Assembly (NCBI RefSeq): GCF_001194135.2
Contig: NC_068990.1
Location: 19,863,330 to 19,927,329, forward strand
Reading direction: 5' to 3'
Origin: Octopus bimaculoides
Taxonomy: Eukaryota
Length of the DNA stretch: 64,000 bases
Numbering within the stretch: position 1 is the first letter of the stretch; every line of letters begins with the position of its first letter. Below are positions 1 through 13,950 of the stretch, in pieces. The notes beneath the pieces were generated by a model that did not search any database, had not been told where the DNA came from, and was given only the letters and a program-made list of their open reading frames with translations. Both the position numbers and the translations under genes were made by a program.

Positions 1-30
<30 letters not shown>

Positions 31-31
<1 letters not shown>

Positions 32-100
32 TGTTTGTGGGTCTGTTTGTCTCCCCATTGTCACTTGACAACCGATATTGGTGTATTTACGTCCCCGTAT
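31..100 (+). mobile_element. SINE fragment (family D, internal TA-microsatellite type)
   Basis: The segment tgtttgtggg...cttgacaaccgatattggtgtatttacgtccccgta follows (TA)n and matches the longer copy at 33460-33540. Confidence 0.6.
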
Positions 101-689
101 CTATTTATATCGCAATGATTTAGACCCAGTCTAACAAATTATGAAAATGTGATGATACTAGCAGACTATAACATTACGTGGTTAATTCATGAAACCTTGA
201 GGAGTAAAAGACTGATGAATCGTGCCATCCACTTAATGATTTTATTTAACGAGATTAATTTCTTTTCTCAACTATAACAGCCGGCATATATGTTAGTAGA
301 AAACAAAATACCTTTTCAGAGGTTTGGAAAAAGCATTACCAAATGTCATTTATATTGAGTTAAATGAAAAGTAACAGCTGCGAAAATGCAGCTGTTTCCT
401 TGGAGGGATTCCTGTATAATTTAGTTCCTGGAATGCAATTATTTATTTCCAGATATTAAACAAGTCTCAACCCTTAACTTACTTCAGTTAAGAATATTCG
501 GAAAACGGATTATTGGAAGTATTTATTATACATATTTCATTGTGGGAAATTGATTAGAATATATTATCAAAAAGATTAAGTTAACAAAAATATTCCATAA
601 CACATGGTTTATTTGTTTAAAAAAAATAGGTATTTTTGAGCTGCTCAAAAGAGTTAATCTAATCGCAGACGCATGGACATGTCACACTC

Positions 690-830
690 ACGCACACACA
701 TTCACACTCACACACACACATTCACACTCACACACACACATTCACACTCACACACACACATTCACACTCACATACACACACATTCACACTCACACACATT
801 CACACTCACACACATATACACATACATATA
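690..830. repeat. About 20-bp minisatellite (cattcacactcacacacaca)n, roughly 6 units
   Basis: The tandem units are directly visible. Confidence 0.85.
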
Positions 831-879
831 TATGTTATGTGTGAATGTGTGAATGTGTGTATATATAACATAACAATAA

Positions 880-1126
880 ATATTTCCTTCCCAAGCAATG
901 CCAGGGTCATGAGGGCCGGCTTCCCGGTTTCAATGGCGTGTATGTTTCCTACTCGGACGGGACGCCGGTCCGTAACAAGATTACTCCTTTTTGACAGCTG
1001 AGTGGACTGGGGCAACGTGAAATGAAGTGTTTTGATCCAACACACAACACATCCTGTCTAGATATCGAAACCACAATCTTGCGATCATGAGTCAAACACC
1101 CTAACCACTAAGCCACACGCCTCCAC
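880..1126 (-). mobile_element. tRNA-derived SINE (family B)
   Basis: The reverse complement begins gtggaggcgtgtggcttagtggttaggg (A-box) and has a B-box-like gtttcgatatc. The central cacgttgccccagtccactcagctg core is shared with 14200-14508 and 27780-28060. Confidence 0.8.
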
Positions 1127-1152
1127 ACACACACATACACACACACACTCAC

Positions 1153-1183
<31 letters not shown>

Positions 1184-2920
1184 TAAATGAAAAAATTGCA
1201 TTGTAAATAAACGACAGACAAAAACGTATACGTATATTGAGGTACAACCGGACGGGGGACATACACTGAAGGCCCCTAATTCTTCATCAGTTATCAACCA
1301 AAATGGTAATATTCAATTTCACACCATTAAGGATAAGACTGAGAACTTCCTATATTGGTGGTGCCTGCAGAAGTCGCAGAGAATATCGATCCTCAGGCAA
1401 ACAAAACAACACAAAGTGGAAAGTAAAAAATATATAATTTAAAACGATGGACAAAGACGAAACAAATGGGAACCGAGCAAAATACGGTCTTAGGGCCCAA
1501 AAGACAAAGATGGAGGCTAACACTTTGAATAAATCCTAAGGGATATATAAATATATAAAGGATATATTTAAACCCATTGGCCTTGCGTATTTCCCTTGTT
1601 GCGGTCGGTGTGCATTATCACCCATTAATCTAAATCTTAAGCAGCCGAAAATAGAATAATGTGGTTTTAAAAATGTGTTTGATTAGTCTCACTAAAGTTA
1701 CAGAGTATTAAGAGAATTGTGTTTCATTAATAAAACCACTCCATTTCATTGCTCAGCTAATGGTTTAATTAGTTCGGCAACCTAATATTAGCTGCAGAAT
1801 ATCGAAAATTTCTCTGAACATAATTGGCTCTAATTGAACATTAATAAGAGCATTCATTATGTAGCAACCTTATAAAATTTTAATTCAATCGTAATGTAGA
1901 AAGCTTTCAAATAATAAGAGTATACAAATATAAATAAACATCTTTTGTAAAGGAAGTTATATAGAATCGCAACTATACTTGTCAATCAAACGGGGTACTG
2001 TGTACACCACCAACAATATAATTTACTGGCCTTGTCTTCCTGCCTTTTTGTGTAGCAGCCTGCTGAATGCAAAGAACGCACACTGATATAATTTGGTGTT
2101 TTATTTCTTTCCATTCAGGAAATTACGCTTTTGTAGTGGTATGAATATAATCACTAGAAATCATTCAAGTACGCTTTAAAGTGTCCATGAAATGATTCCC
2201 TGAAAACTATATAATACAGTCTCTCTTTTGTATTTCGGTTGCGTGTAAACGTTTCGTATAAAATAATCCAACGAGTGTAAAGTACTCTCTGGACGATTGA
2301 AAAAGGCAGCAAAACAAGAGGAAACCGTATAGATTGTTCAGAAATATCAGGAAGTTATGAAACTGAATATTAATATTAGGGGTCTGTAAAAAACGAATAA
2401 ACACATTTCTCTTCTCAGATTTCCCAGAAAGATGTAAATATTTAAGCACCTGAGATTAAATGCATATCATTTACAGCGACTGAGAGTCATTCAGAGTCAA
2501 TCACATTTAGATGCTATTATCATGAGTTAATAAGTCTTATTTCCATTATATTACTTTCATAATTCGACATACATTTATAAAGGAAGGTGATTTGGAAATG
2601 CAATCTGCTTTAATACGATATCGAAACTGCTTCAGATTCTCGTTATAGCTGTATCCCACTTCAAATTTGTTGGTGTGTCAACAAGAAAGTTAAATTTATT
2701 GCATTATGTTCATATCTGGTTTCAAGTTCAGTTTAATTTATGGATTTTACCTTTATAATGTTTCGTCCATTAGTTGAGTTTCGCTTCATTCGTAGTGAGT
2801 CACGTTTCCTTCCGCAATGTGTGTTTTGTTATAGATTAGCGAAATAAGAGAGAGCAGCGCCAGCGGTGTTTTTCAAGGGTTCAAAAACAAGGGGAAGTAA
2901 CGGAAGACGTTATGATTATA

Positions 2921-3047
2921 CAGGGTGTCCACAAAGTCTGGGTACATGGAGTAAATAAAATCATAACATAAACAATTAAATATAAGAAATAATGATTTCT
3001 TAAAGTATGTGTTAATCCCCATGTACCCATACTTTGTGGACACCCTG
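2921..3047. mobile_element. Tc1/mariner (maT-type) MITE, 127 bp
   Basis: The 29-bp TIRs (cagggtgtccacaaagtctgggtacatgg / ccatgtacccatactttgtggacaccctg) have 1 mismatch, and TA flanks both sides (2919-2920, 3048-3049). Confidence 0.92.
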
Positions 3048-3384
3048 TACATGCGTAAATGTCGCCTGTAAACATCGGAGAGCGCTAAAAGAACGTTGGG
3101 ACAGTGGGATTAAAGAGAATAAATTATTTCTTAGTTTTTTGAGTATTTATCTATTTATCAAAATGGTACTCATTGGAAAGAATGACTTCCTTAGGTACTA
3201 AAGAACGGCTATATCTACATTCTCATCACATTCTCCATAAAAAATATACGTTGAAAGAACGATTCTAGCTATGTTTTATGATCATATATGTGGGTTGTGT
3301 ATGTGTGAGCGCGAACACGCAGGTACTATCTTTCACTGATGACATGAATTCCCTCAAAATAATATAAAGATTTTTAATGGAAAT

Positions 3385-3580
3385 ATTGGTTTCAAATTTT
3401 GGCACAAGGCTAGTAATTTCGGAGGAGGGAGTAAGTCGATTACATCGACCCCAGTACTCAACTGCTATTTCTCTTACCCATCCCGAAATGCAAAGTCTAA
3501 CTTGGCGAAATTTGAACTCGGGACATAAAGACGTACGAAATGCCTGTAAGTAATTTGTCTATCGTGCTAACGATTCTGTT
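3385..3580 (-). mobile_element. tRNA-derived SINE (family A), degenerate
   Basis: It contains tttggcacaagg, gtcgattacatcgaccccagtactc and gtgctaacgattctg, all matching other family A copies. Confidence 0.7.
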
Positions 3581-6500
3581 ATTCTCTCCTGCTAATGGTT
3601 TAATCTCTATAATTCTATTGGCACTGTCGTTGTCCTTGGTTTTGAAATTTTGGATAGGTTCATAAGAATTTTAAGGCCAACGCTACTCATTATTTTTGTC
3701 CATGGTGGTGGTGGTGGTGGTGGTAATATTTTATCTTGCTTAATATTCATTAATGTTGTCTTTATGCTTAAACTACTGGTTTATGCATTCCGAAAACGTA
3801 CAAGATTCCCTGCCCTTTAACCTATTTCGAAATGAGAATTGTCATTGTTAATAAACGTAAAGTTATTCCCTGCATTGGGAATTTGTACCTAAACATGGTA
3901 TATATTCAACTTTAGATCCTATCCATTATCTCTTATGCAAGTGGGTTAAACAATACGAACTAATATTCATTGTGTTCGAAATTCTTGTTCCGTAGAGATT
4001 CAGCTCGCAGCTCAGCATTTCAATAGATTTCTCTGGAAACTATCCAAGGAAGGAACATCTACAGAATTGTTAGGGCAGCTAAAATCAGTATCCAACTTCG
4101 ATTGGAAATAGTACCCAATAGTTTCAAAACTGTTTTACATTACGTTTCATTGTTTGGGTCAGAAGATTTTTGAACAAAAAACAAAAATTGTTGACTAGGC
4201 AACATAATCACGTCCAACTAACATTGCGCGTTTCTTGTGACAAATACGTTTTTCACACTGACGACCTGTCACCTACAGTTCTCACAATATTTTATTTCCA
4301 CCAGAAATGACTTCTATAGTAAGGGTTTTAAATCTAAAGTGTTATAAATATGTAACAAAATAACATTTGCTTTTATCACGATGTAAATGTCATGTATTTG
4401 TCAAAATAAAGTAAAAGAAATTCTCACAAAACATATTTAGGTTGCTCCTCAATAAACAAGATCGAAATCAATCTTCATATCTTTGCCGATGCAGCAGCTA
4501 GGAAAAAAAATTATATACTATAGGAAATGTCAAATATGATTGGCAAGGTTGTTAAGAGAAAACAAAACATTCGCTTGTAACAGATTGATAAAACAAATCG
4601 ATTTTGATTTATTTCTAAGGCCTATCTCCAATAGGGGTAAATATATTTCATTGAATTCTGGCATATACAATATACAATGCTTTCGATTTCTGTGAGGATT
4701 AAAATGATTATAATGTCTCCAGGAATTGACTAGTACTCGATTGACTTGATATCAAAGGAATGAAAGGGAATCGTGTCTTTGGGAGGATATGAACTCAGAA
4801 GGTAAAGACACAAAATTAAAAGACAATGTGAAAAAGAAACATTTTGTCCGACATTGTATTACTTTTGGAAATTCAGCGCCCATTGAATATATTTATTATA
4901 TATTAGCTGTTGGACCCGGCGTTGCTCGTGTATTCCGTGTTGAATAAGCATTTCCTTAGAGACTATTCTATCGATTTTGTTGAGATTTTACACGTGAAAA
5001 AATGCAAAAGCTGCAGGGAAAATAACCCCAAACGCGCGCACACAGAGGCAGACATCATTATACATTTACGTATATAGACTGACGCAATTGAAGTAATGTA
5101 GCTATTAAATGAGTTGTCTAAGAAATTTAAATAGGAACTTGTGACAAGCCAATGATAAGATTTCTACGATTTTGTTAAGATGGCTACAAATAGCAGCATG
5201 AAGTTCATATTATTTTCTAATATGGACAATGACTTGACGATATCACTGCTTCCTCTTTCTGATGTGATTTTTCTCTAATCTTTGATTGCTGGCGATTCCT
5301 TTTCTCACAACCCAGGTGAAATCAATGTTTATACACACATTTAATTGTGCTTGACACTGAAGATTTCATTGACAAAATTCCGGTTACTCTAAAATATTTT
5401 CTTTCGAAACAATAGCAGTAGAAATGTCCGGCCACGAAAGCTCACGAACTACCTATTCATTCTGATAGCTACATTGGACGTCAACCGTAGAAATGATCCA
5501 TTAAAAATGAAATAGATCCTTCGGAGCATCTTACTCGGCATGCATTTGAGTAACTTATTCTACATATTTTCTCCTAGCCACAAAACATTTTTGTGAGTCA
5601 TGGTAATATATATAGTTGCATAAAATTATTTGAGTTTGCGAGAGTTAGTCATTATATATTTTAACTCAAAATAAAAGGCCATAAATTTGAAGAAGATAGC
5701 AATCAAATCAATTCCATAAATCTCAGCACTTTCATCAAGGTACGGTATGCATTTTATAATCTGGCGTAGTTGACAGACATGCAGATAACGAAATTGCAAA
5801 TACTGTACGTATTTTATAGTATTTTAGTGAAAGCGTTAAGTGAAGCTATACAACGCAGTCGCCTCCACTGCAGAAGTTAGAGATCGCCATGATCAAGTCT
5901 ATTTGTTATTATGCAATTTAACCTGACAATTTCCGTTTCAGTCAAATCACCACACTTGGCAAGGTCAGTGCATTGATTTGTTACATTGACCTAAAGATCA
6001 TCTATTGAAGACGAGATGGTGGAATAGACTAAATGAAACATTTTATTTTATTTCTACACATTTTATCGAATACATCGTCCTGAATGTGAATAAATGTGTG
6101 GTTTACATTAGGAAGAATGCAGAATAAGATTCTATCGAGCGTGAGGTGCTACGGATTCAAACACTCAGCATTTTCATTTTGAAGGACTAGTAAATGCAGA
6201 AGTGATTCTGATATGGATTATTCCTAACGTATTACATGAAAGCTGCCTATATACAGAGCACCCATATAGAACTCCTTACATATGGATACAATTTCATTAT
6301 GGCCCAAATGGATAAAGATTGAAAATGAAAACCACATTTTCAAACTAATCTCAATATTCGATTANNNNNNNNNNATATATATATATATATATATAGCAAA
6401 CTGAAGTATTATCTTTATTGAAAATACTGGATATTCTTTTCCTTACACACGAAACTAATTTTGAAGGAGAAGTGAGGAGAGTCAATATCAACATATGATT

Positions 6501-7344
6501 GGTTGCACTGGCGAATAAAGCAATATATTATAGGATAATACAAATATGATTGACACGTTTGTCAGAAAAAAGTGATAATATATACTGCGAAAATATATTG
6601 CAAAAAATTGATTAAGTTTCTTCCGCTGCAATGGCAATTTTCATTGTGATGAGTATCATCGATTGAGTCCGATCCAACACTTTGACGTTAGTTGTTTCGT
6701 TAAATTTGATCTCTAAAAAGTAATTTTACATATCACACAAAATAAGTTAAATAATGAACATAGAAACGACTGTATGGTCGAGATGTTGAGAAGTTCAAAT
6801 CTACCACAAGGCATATTATTGAGATGTTACTTGTAATAGAGTTTTGGTTGGACCAAAGAATTGTGCGTCAAAGATGACGGACAAATTTCGTGGTATGTCA
6901 TGTTGGAAATATTGGAACTGTTCTTGAAGAGCAGAATTGTAACTTCGCATCATTTAACAGTAGTACAACCTCTTGGGTGCGTTCTGTCAGATCAAATGCT
7001 TTGAAAGTTCTCATAGCAGGTAACCAGTGAAAGAGGAGAAATATACACGCAAACATATATAGACACATACCGGCATACATACATACATGTCCGCNNNNNN
7101 NNNNGTTCTGTCAGATCAAATGCTTTGAAAGTTCTCATAGCAGGTAACCAGTGAAAGAGGAGAAATATACACGCAAACATATATAGACACATACCGGCAT
7201 ACATACATACATGTCCGCATACATAAATACACACACATGCATACGCGCACATGTACCCACAAAGAAACACACACATGCACTCTCACACGTACACGTGCAC
7301 ACACACACGCTTACACATGCACACACAGACACACACATACATAT

Positions 7345-7510
7345 ATAGTGAGAATTTACAAAAGAGCAAAAGACGAAGATGGGTGTGTTAACAACAAACT
7401 GATGTATTAGTTTAACGCTCGGGAAGTGAAAAAGTTTTATACGTTTCGAGCCTACGCTCTTCGACAGAAAGGAACACCGAAATAAACAGGGAGAGAAAAT
7501 AGAAAAAGGT
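7345..7510 (-). mobile_element. Penelope-like terminal repeat (pLTR) with hammerhead-like motif
   Basis: The reverse complement contains ctgtcgaagagcgtaggctcgaaacgta. The region is homologous, inverted, to 18240-18425, which lies downstream of a Penelope GIY-YIG domain. Confidence 0.6.
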
Positions 7511-9104
7511 AACGTATTTTGCCATTATAAATTGGCTGTTTTATAAAGAAATATGTTACTACATTTTAATCCCAGGAAACGTCTCTTCCAGCTGGTTAAC
7601 GCCGCACAAACCAGCTGGAGTTACGACGTAGTAACATAGTTCTTTACCGTCCGCTATTATTACTACTTATATCTCGTTCAGACGTTTAGAGCTAGCTACT
7701 TTGCTCTTCATATATATATATTTATATATATATATATACACACAAAAACACACACACACACACACACATAAACACGCACGCACGCACACACACACACGCA
7801 CACACACNNNNNNNNNNNNNNNNNNNNNNNNNNNNNNNNNNNNNNNNNNNNNNNNNNNNNNNNNNNNNNNNNNNNNNNNNNNNNNNNNNNNNNNNNNNNN
7901 NNNNNNNNNNNNNNNNNNNNNNNNNNNNNNNNNNNNNNNNNNNNNNNNNNNNNNNNNNNNNNNNNNNNNNNNNNNNNNNNNNNNNNNNNNNNNNNNNNNN
8001 NNNNNNNNNNNNNNNNNNNNNNNNNNNNNNNNNNNNNNNNNNNNNNNNNNNNNNNNNNNNNNNNNNNNNNNNNNNNNNNNNNNNNNNNNNNNNNNNNNNN
8101 NNNNNNNNNNNNNNNNNNNNNNNNNNNNNNNNNNNNNNNNNNNNNNNNNNNNNNNNNNNNNNNNNNNNNNNNNNNNNNNNNNNNNNNNNNNNNNNNNNNN
8201 NNNNNNNNNNNNNNNNNNNNNNNNNNNNNNNNNNNNNNNNNNNNNNNNNNNNNNNNNNNNNNNNNNNNNNNNNNNNNNNNNNNNNNNNNNNNNNNNNNNN
8301 NNNNNNNNNNNNNNNNNNNNNNNNNNNNNNNNNNNNNNNNNNNNNNNNNNNNNNNNNNNNNNNNNNNNNNNNNNNNNNNNNNNNNNNNNNNNNNNNNNNN
8401 NNNNNNNNNNNNNNNNNNNNNNNNNNNNNNNNNNNNNNNNNNNNNNNNNNNNNNNNNNNNNNNNNNNNNNNNNNNNNNNNNNNNNNNNNNNNNNNNNNNN
8501 NNNNNNNNNNNNNNNNNNNNNNNNNNNNNNNNNNNNNNNNNNNNNNNNNNNNNNNNNNNNNNNNNNNNNNNNNNNNNNNNNATATATATATATATATATA
8601 TATATAATACATATATATACATACATCCACACGCACACACACACATATATATTTACAGAGATAGAAAGAGAGAGATGCATTTAGGTGATTAGGTCAAAGC
8701 TTCTAGTTTTCATTTGTAATCCAGCAATACAGCCAAACGAATAATGGGATATGATTATCCTAGTGATAACGGGCAAAAATATGTATGGCCTGTGGTATAA
8801 ACTACATTAAACTAATACCAACGTGTTACTAATTTATTTGCGTTGTATTTATTCAGTTAGCTGCAGAAATATTAAAAAGCAAAAACCCACCGTAATGTTT
8901 ATCTTTTCATTGTGGAGAGCCGTAAAGAAAAACTTGCAATAAATTCCTGTCGGAGATCTCTTGATTTTTACCTTTATTTTTCGTGCCAGGTATCTCAGTG
9001 TTATTACTATATCTCTCTATCTCTCTCTCTCTCTATCTCTCTCTCTCTCTATCTATCTATATATCTATCTATCTATCTATCTATCTATCCATTTTTTCTG
9101 TCTT

Positions 9105-9163
<59 letters not shown>

Positions 9164-9240
9164 GTCCATCTATCCATTAATTTTTTCTCTCTTTCTATCT
9201 ATNNNNNNNNNNNNNNNNNNNNNNNNNNNNNNNNNNNNNN

Positions 9241-9281
<41 letters not shown>

Positions 9282-12196
9282 ATCGTTCCATCGATCCATT
9301 TATCTAGCTAGCTAGCTAGCTACACACACATATAAAATACATGCATACAAATTTATATATAAATAAATATATAGACTGATAGAGAGATAGAGAGGGAGAG
9401 ATAGCTTGATAGATAAAGAGAGAGAGAGAGAGGGAGGCAGATATGAACAAAGTATACATATTTATCGGTGCACATACATATATGGGCAAGCATGTGTATA
9501 TGTATACAATTGATATTCTTTGCTGCGATACACAGTCACACACATAACCCCCCCCCACACACACACATATATATANNNNNNNNNNNNNNNNNNNNNNNNN
9601 NNNNNNNNNNNNNNNNNNNNNNNNNNNNNNNNNNNNNNNNNNNNNNNNNNNNNNNNNNNNNNNNNNNNNNNNNNNNNNNNNNNNNNNNNNNNNNNNNNNN
9701 NNNNNNNNNNNNNNNNNNNNNNNNNNNNNNNNNNNNNNNNNNNNNNNNNNNNNNNNNNNNNNNNNNNNNNNNNNNNNNNNNNNNNNNNNNNNNNNNNNNN
9801 NNNNNNNNNNNNNNNNNNNNNNNNNNNNNNNNNNNNNNNNNNNNNNNNNNNNNNNNNNNNNNNNNNNNNNNNNNNNNNNNNNNNNNNNNNNNNNNNNNNN
9901 NNNNNNNNNNNNNNNNNNNNNNNNNNNNNNNNNNNNNNNNNNNNNNNNNNNNNNNNNNNNNNNNNNNNNNNNNNNNNNNNNNNNNNNNNNNNNNNNNNNN
10001 NNNNNNNNNNNNNNNNNNNNNNNNNNNNNNNNNNNNNNNNNNNNNNNNNNNNNNNNNNNNNNNNNNNNNNNNNNNNNNNNNNNNNNNNNNNNNNNNNNNN
10101 NNNNNNNNNNNNNNNNNNNNNNNNNNNNNNNNNNNNNNNNNNNNNNNNNNNNNNNNNNNNNNNNNNTATATATATATATATCTTTATATATATATGTATA
10201 TGTTGAATAAAATGAGACAACAAAGCCAAGCCAGTGTAAAATTTCTAGGATATTTATAAAGGGAGTGGTAGTCTTACAGCTGTTTCAGGGATATAAAGGA
10301 TATCTCATCACGAGAGACGATATGAGAGAGTTAAACAGAAGGGAAGGAAATAGTAGAGTTTTATATAAGAAGTTAGTTTGGAACGGAGAGATATAGGAAG
10401 TATAAGGAAAATATGAGTATAAAAATGAAAATATATGTTGGATGTTACAGTTGCAGTTCCTTTATCCAACGAATGTATTGTGTAGAATGAGTGAAGAAGT
10501 TTCTTGTCCATGGTATATAAATTCCGAAAGGACTCCATATTTCGTTATTATAAATGGATAGAATGTAGATAGTAATCCCATGTGCTGTCCATTCAAAGGG
10601 ATCTTGTAGTGTACATAGCCTTACCTGCCTTTTGGCTCCTATGGATACCAAAATTTCTCATATACATATATATATATATATGCATGTAGGTATGTATATA
10701 GTGAATATATGTATGTATACTTACTTTCACACAAAGACAATACATAAACACATACATGCATACTTGCGTATATGTGAGTGTCTCTGTGTTGGCCTATGGA
10801 AACCTAGATGTTTGCCGGTATGCATTCCTTACCTGTTCATACCCCTGAAGAACTCCAAGAGAAATTAAGGCGCGCGCGCGCGTGTTAGTTAGTTTATCCG
10901 TATGCTTTTTGTAAATTTGTTTTTCCGACTCTATTATCTGTGCTATTGTTGAAGTGTTTCGAAATTAATTTAGTCAAATTTTAAGAAATACGAAAACAAC
11001 ACTCGTAACGTACATCATAAATACATTCACAATAAAGTCTCAAAACTAAACCTCCAAAAAGTTATAACAGTAGAAATATATCACAGTAACATTATGGAAA
11101 CAAGAAAGACTTAATTACATGTAAGGAAAAACATTTGTAAAATTTGTAACTTGTGATAATTACTGATTAGTCGATCATAAACCACTACACAAAATTGTTA
11201 AGTTCTATTCAAAATACATGCATGTTTTGGCGCAGGACATTATGTCGCCAATTTGTATAGTTTTCTGTATGCATGTGTAATTTTTGTAATATCATTTATT
11301 TTGTTCAAGACGATAATTTCACTGTAATTAGCATCTATGACGTGCTTAAAAACGGAATAATTTTAGTATTCCGTACCTATTGAAATAGGAGCACATAAAT
11401 ATTTGCATATCTTGATCGCAAATGAATAGAAATGAAAATACACAGAAAGTATCTCTAATAAATAACTAATTCTGTATATTATGTACTGAAGAAAAACATA
11501 TTTTATCGACGTTTCGAGGAATTTCTCTTCCACGAAATATATGCAAGAAGAAAAAGTGATGTGCTTAAGAAAGAAATATTGAATGCACGTATGTTCATAG
11601 CAAATACAACCAAGTTAATAATGGCGAACTAAAGGTATAGGAAAGTATTTCGAACAGAGAATTGTACGTCGATCCGTTGGTTATTATCCGATGTATTAAG
11701 AAATTAGGTATAAAAATTGTATGAATGTGTCCATCTGAAAATGGTCATTTTCTGAGAAACTATTTCTACATGGAATATGTTGTTGCATAAAGAAGAAGTT
11801 TGTTGCTGAAGTTTATCTCCCACGTCTGACCACAATGAGCACAACTATAGATATAAATATTTCATTTGTGATAGACTTAATTACTCGGTGTCTTATACGT
11901 CGAAATATACGAAACGATCTTTTGTCCTTTTCTAGTTTCAGTTGTTATACCGCGACCATGTTGGGACATATTGACGAAGGGTTTAGTCGAACAAATCGAT
12001 CTCAATATCCCAATTTTTCAATCTGGCATTTGTTTTATCGTACTCTTAGGGCGAAACTGCCAAGTTAAAGGAACATAGAAAACCTCCACCGGTTTTTAGG
12101 ATGGGATGTGGTAGGACAAGCACAAAGAAACACACACATTAATATATATACATGTGTGTGTGTGCGTGTATGTGTACATATATATATATATACACA

Positions 12197-12437
12197 CAGT
12201 AATCCCTCGCCATATCGTGGTTCACATATTACAGTTCACCTACTGCGGTTTAATACTTAAGCTTACATCGAATCTACCATGGTGTTGTTTTGCATTTATA
12301 ATAAAATTTATATATACAAAGTATAAAAAAAAAAAAAAGAAATGTACAGTACGGTGCAGTACAGTTTCTACTTCGCGGATATTCACCTGTCGCGGGGTGT
12401 TTTGGGACGTAAAACCCGCGATAGTCGGGGGATTCCT
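12197..12437. mobile_element. Tigger/pogo-like MITE
   Basis: It has imperfect TIRs cagtaatccctcgccatatcgtgg ... ccgcgatagtcgggggattcc in a TA context. Confidence 0.6.
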
Positions 12438-13788
12438 ATATATATATATATGTATGTGTGTNNNNNNNNNNTGCTCTTAATTAAGTTAGAAGGCATTTGT
12501 TCAACCTGCCGCGCAAGTGTCGGAGACCATAACCACTTCGTTGCAAAGCAAAATTCTTAACTGCGCAATCATGCCTGCGCCTAAATGTAATTCCACGTTT
12601 TAAATCTAAAGAGTTTCATTTGACGTGGATTTAGTTGCTCCTTCTTGTATGTCCTCGGCGAAATATATAATACATAGACAGTTAGTTACGTTTTAGTAGT
12701 TTTAATTAAAGCTATGCAACGCAGCGGATCCAGACTTTTGATGCATGTATGTTCTTCCATATACTAGAAAAGAAAACAAATCTCAAACCGATTTGGATAT
12801 CACCCTAATGCCATTCATGCTACTGACAGCAACAGCAATATCTATATTATATTAATTCTACTACTTTTACTGTGCAAAACACTGGATAGTGCGAAACAGT
12901 GGCTAATGAAGACAGGTGCATTATGTTTGAAGAAAGAACGGAATAGAAAGGCAGGTGAGCTTTTAATCCTATATCGTAAAAGAACCAGAGCAACCGCAAG
13001 GTTTTTTTTTAATTCGTGACCCATATATTTTCCCTATAACTAAAACCATTGGTTCACCATATCTCCACGATATTTATTAAATAAATACTATTAAAAAGAA
13101 CATAACATTTCATTTTTCTGAAAGTATTTCATATTTCTTTTACAGTTTGAGTTTATTTATTCTTCAATAATGCAATTTATATTCTGTATTAAAATGAAAT
13201 ATGAAAAATTGCAATGGAAATCTTCAAAAAAGTGTCTATAAATATGTATGTGTGTGTGTACGTATGTGTGTATGCATGTGTACGCTTGCATGTGTGTCGG
13301 TATGCATATGCACACACACACAAATATATATATGTATATTATATTTGTATGCTTATATATGTGTATATGTGTTGTGTGCGTGTATGTATGTAGAACAAAT
13401 TAAATAATAAGAAAATAGTCTTTATCACTCGATATTATCGATTATTTTTTTGAAAAAATTAATGTTTAAACGTTGGGTAAAAATGTTATAAAATGACATA
13501 TATAGAAACATCTTATATACCGTTATGTTTTTCTTAAATTAGCCACAAGTAAAAAGATAATCAAATATATATTAAATATACATATTGCTTGCATGTTAAA
13601 ATACAGTGAATAATATATTTGCACTGGAAAAGAAACAGAAATAAAGAGACACGATCACTATATATATNNNNNNNNNNNNNNNNNNNNNNNNNNNNNNNNN
13701 NNNNNNNNNNNNNNNNNNNNNNNNNNNNNNNNNNNNNNNNNNNNNNNNNNNNNNNNNNNNNNNNNNNNNNNNNNNNNNNNNNNNNNNN

Positions 13789-13950
13789 AGATGTGGTTGT
13801 GTGGGAAGAAGCTAGCTTCTCAACCACGTGGTTCCGAGTGGCGGTTTAGGCAAGTGTCTTTCACTATAGCCTCGTTCCGACCAATGCCATGTGATTAGAT
13901 TTGGCACACGGAAATTGTAAGAAGCCCGTCCTATATGAGTGTGTGTGCAT
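13789..13950 (+). mobile_element. tRNA-derived SINE (family D), 5' part
   Basis: It has a tRNA-like head (tgtggttgtgtgggaagaagctagcttctcaaccacgtggttcc), and ggaaattgtaagaagcccgtc matches 33405-33430. Confidence 0.7.

Noticed and set aside
3975-4100. Protein-looking frame IQLAAQHFNRFLWKLSKEGTSTELLGQLKSVSNFDWK* after an AG acceptor
   Set aside because: I recognise no homology and there is no good donor. An open frame of this length is expected by chance.
5961-5992. AGGTCA...TGACCT inverted half-sites forming an 11-bp hairpin
   Set aside because: It is too short for a pre-miRNA, and a nuclear-receptor site cannot be supported without conservation or binding data.
6981-7218. 114-bp exact direct duplication (6981-7094 and 7105-7218)
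   Set aside because: The copies flank a 10-N gap, the typical signature of unmerged overlapping contig ends, so this is an assembly artefact.
7667-10259. Long ORFs of 200-375 aa here and at 18301-20240, 39640-40428 and 58088-59240
   Set aside because: They are open only because they run through N-gaps and (TA)n/(CA)n repeats.
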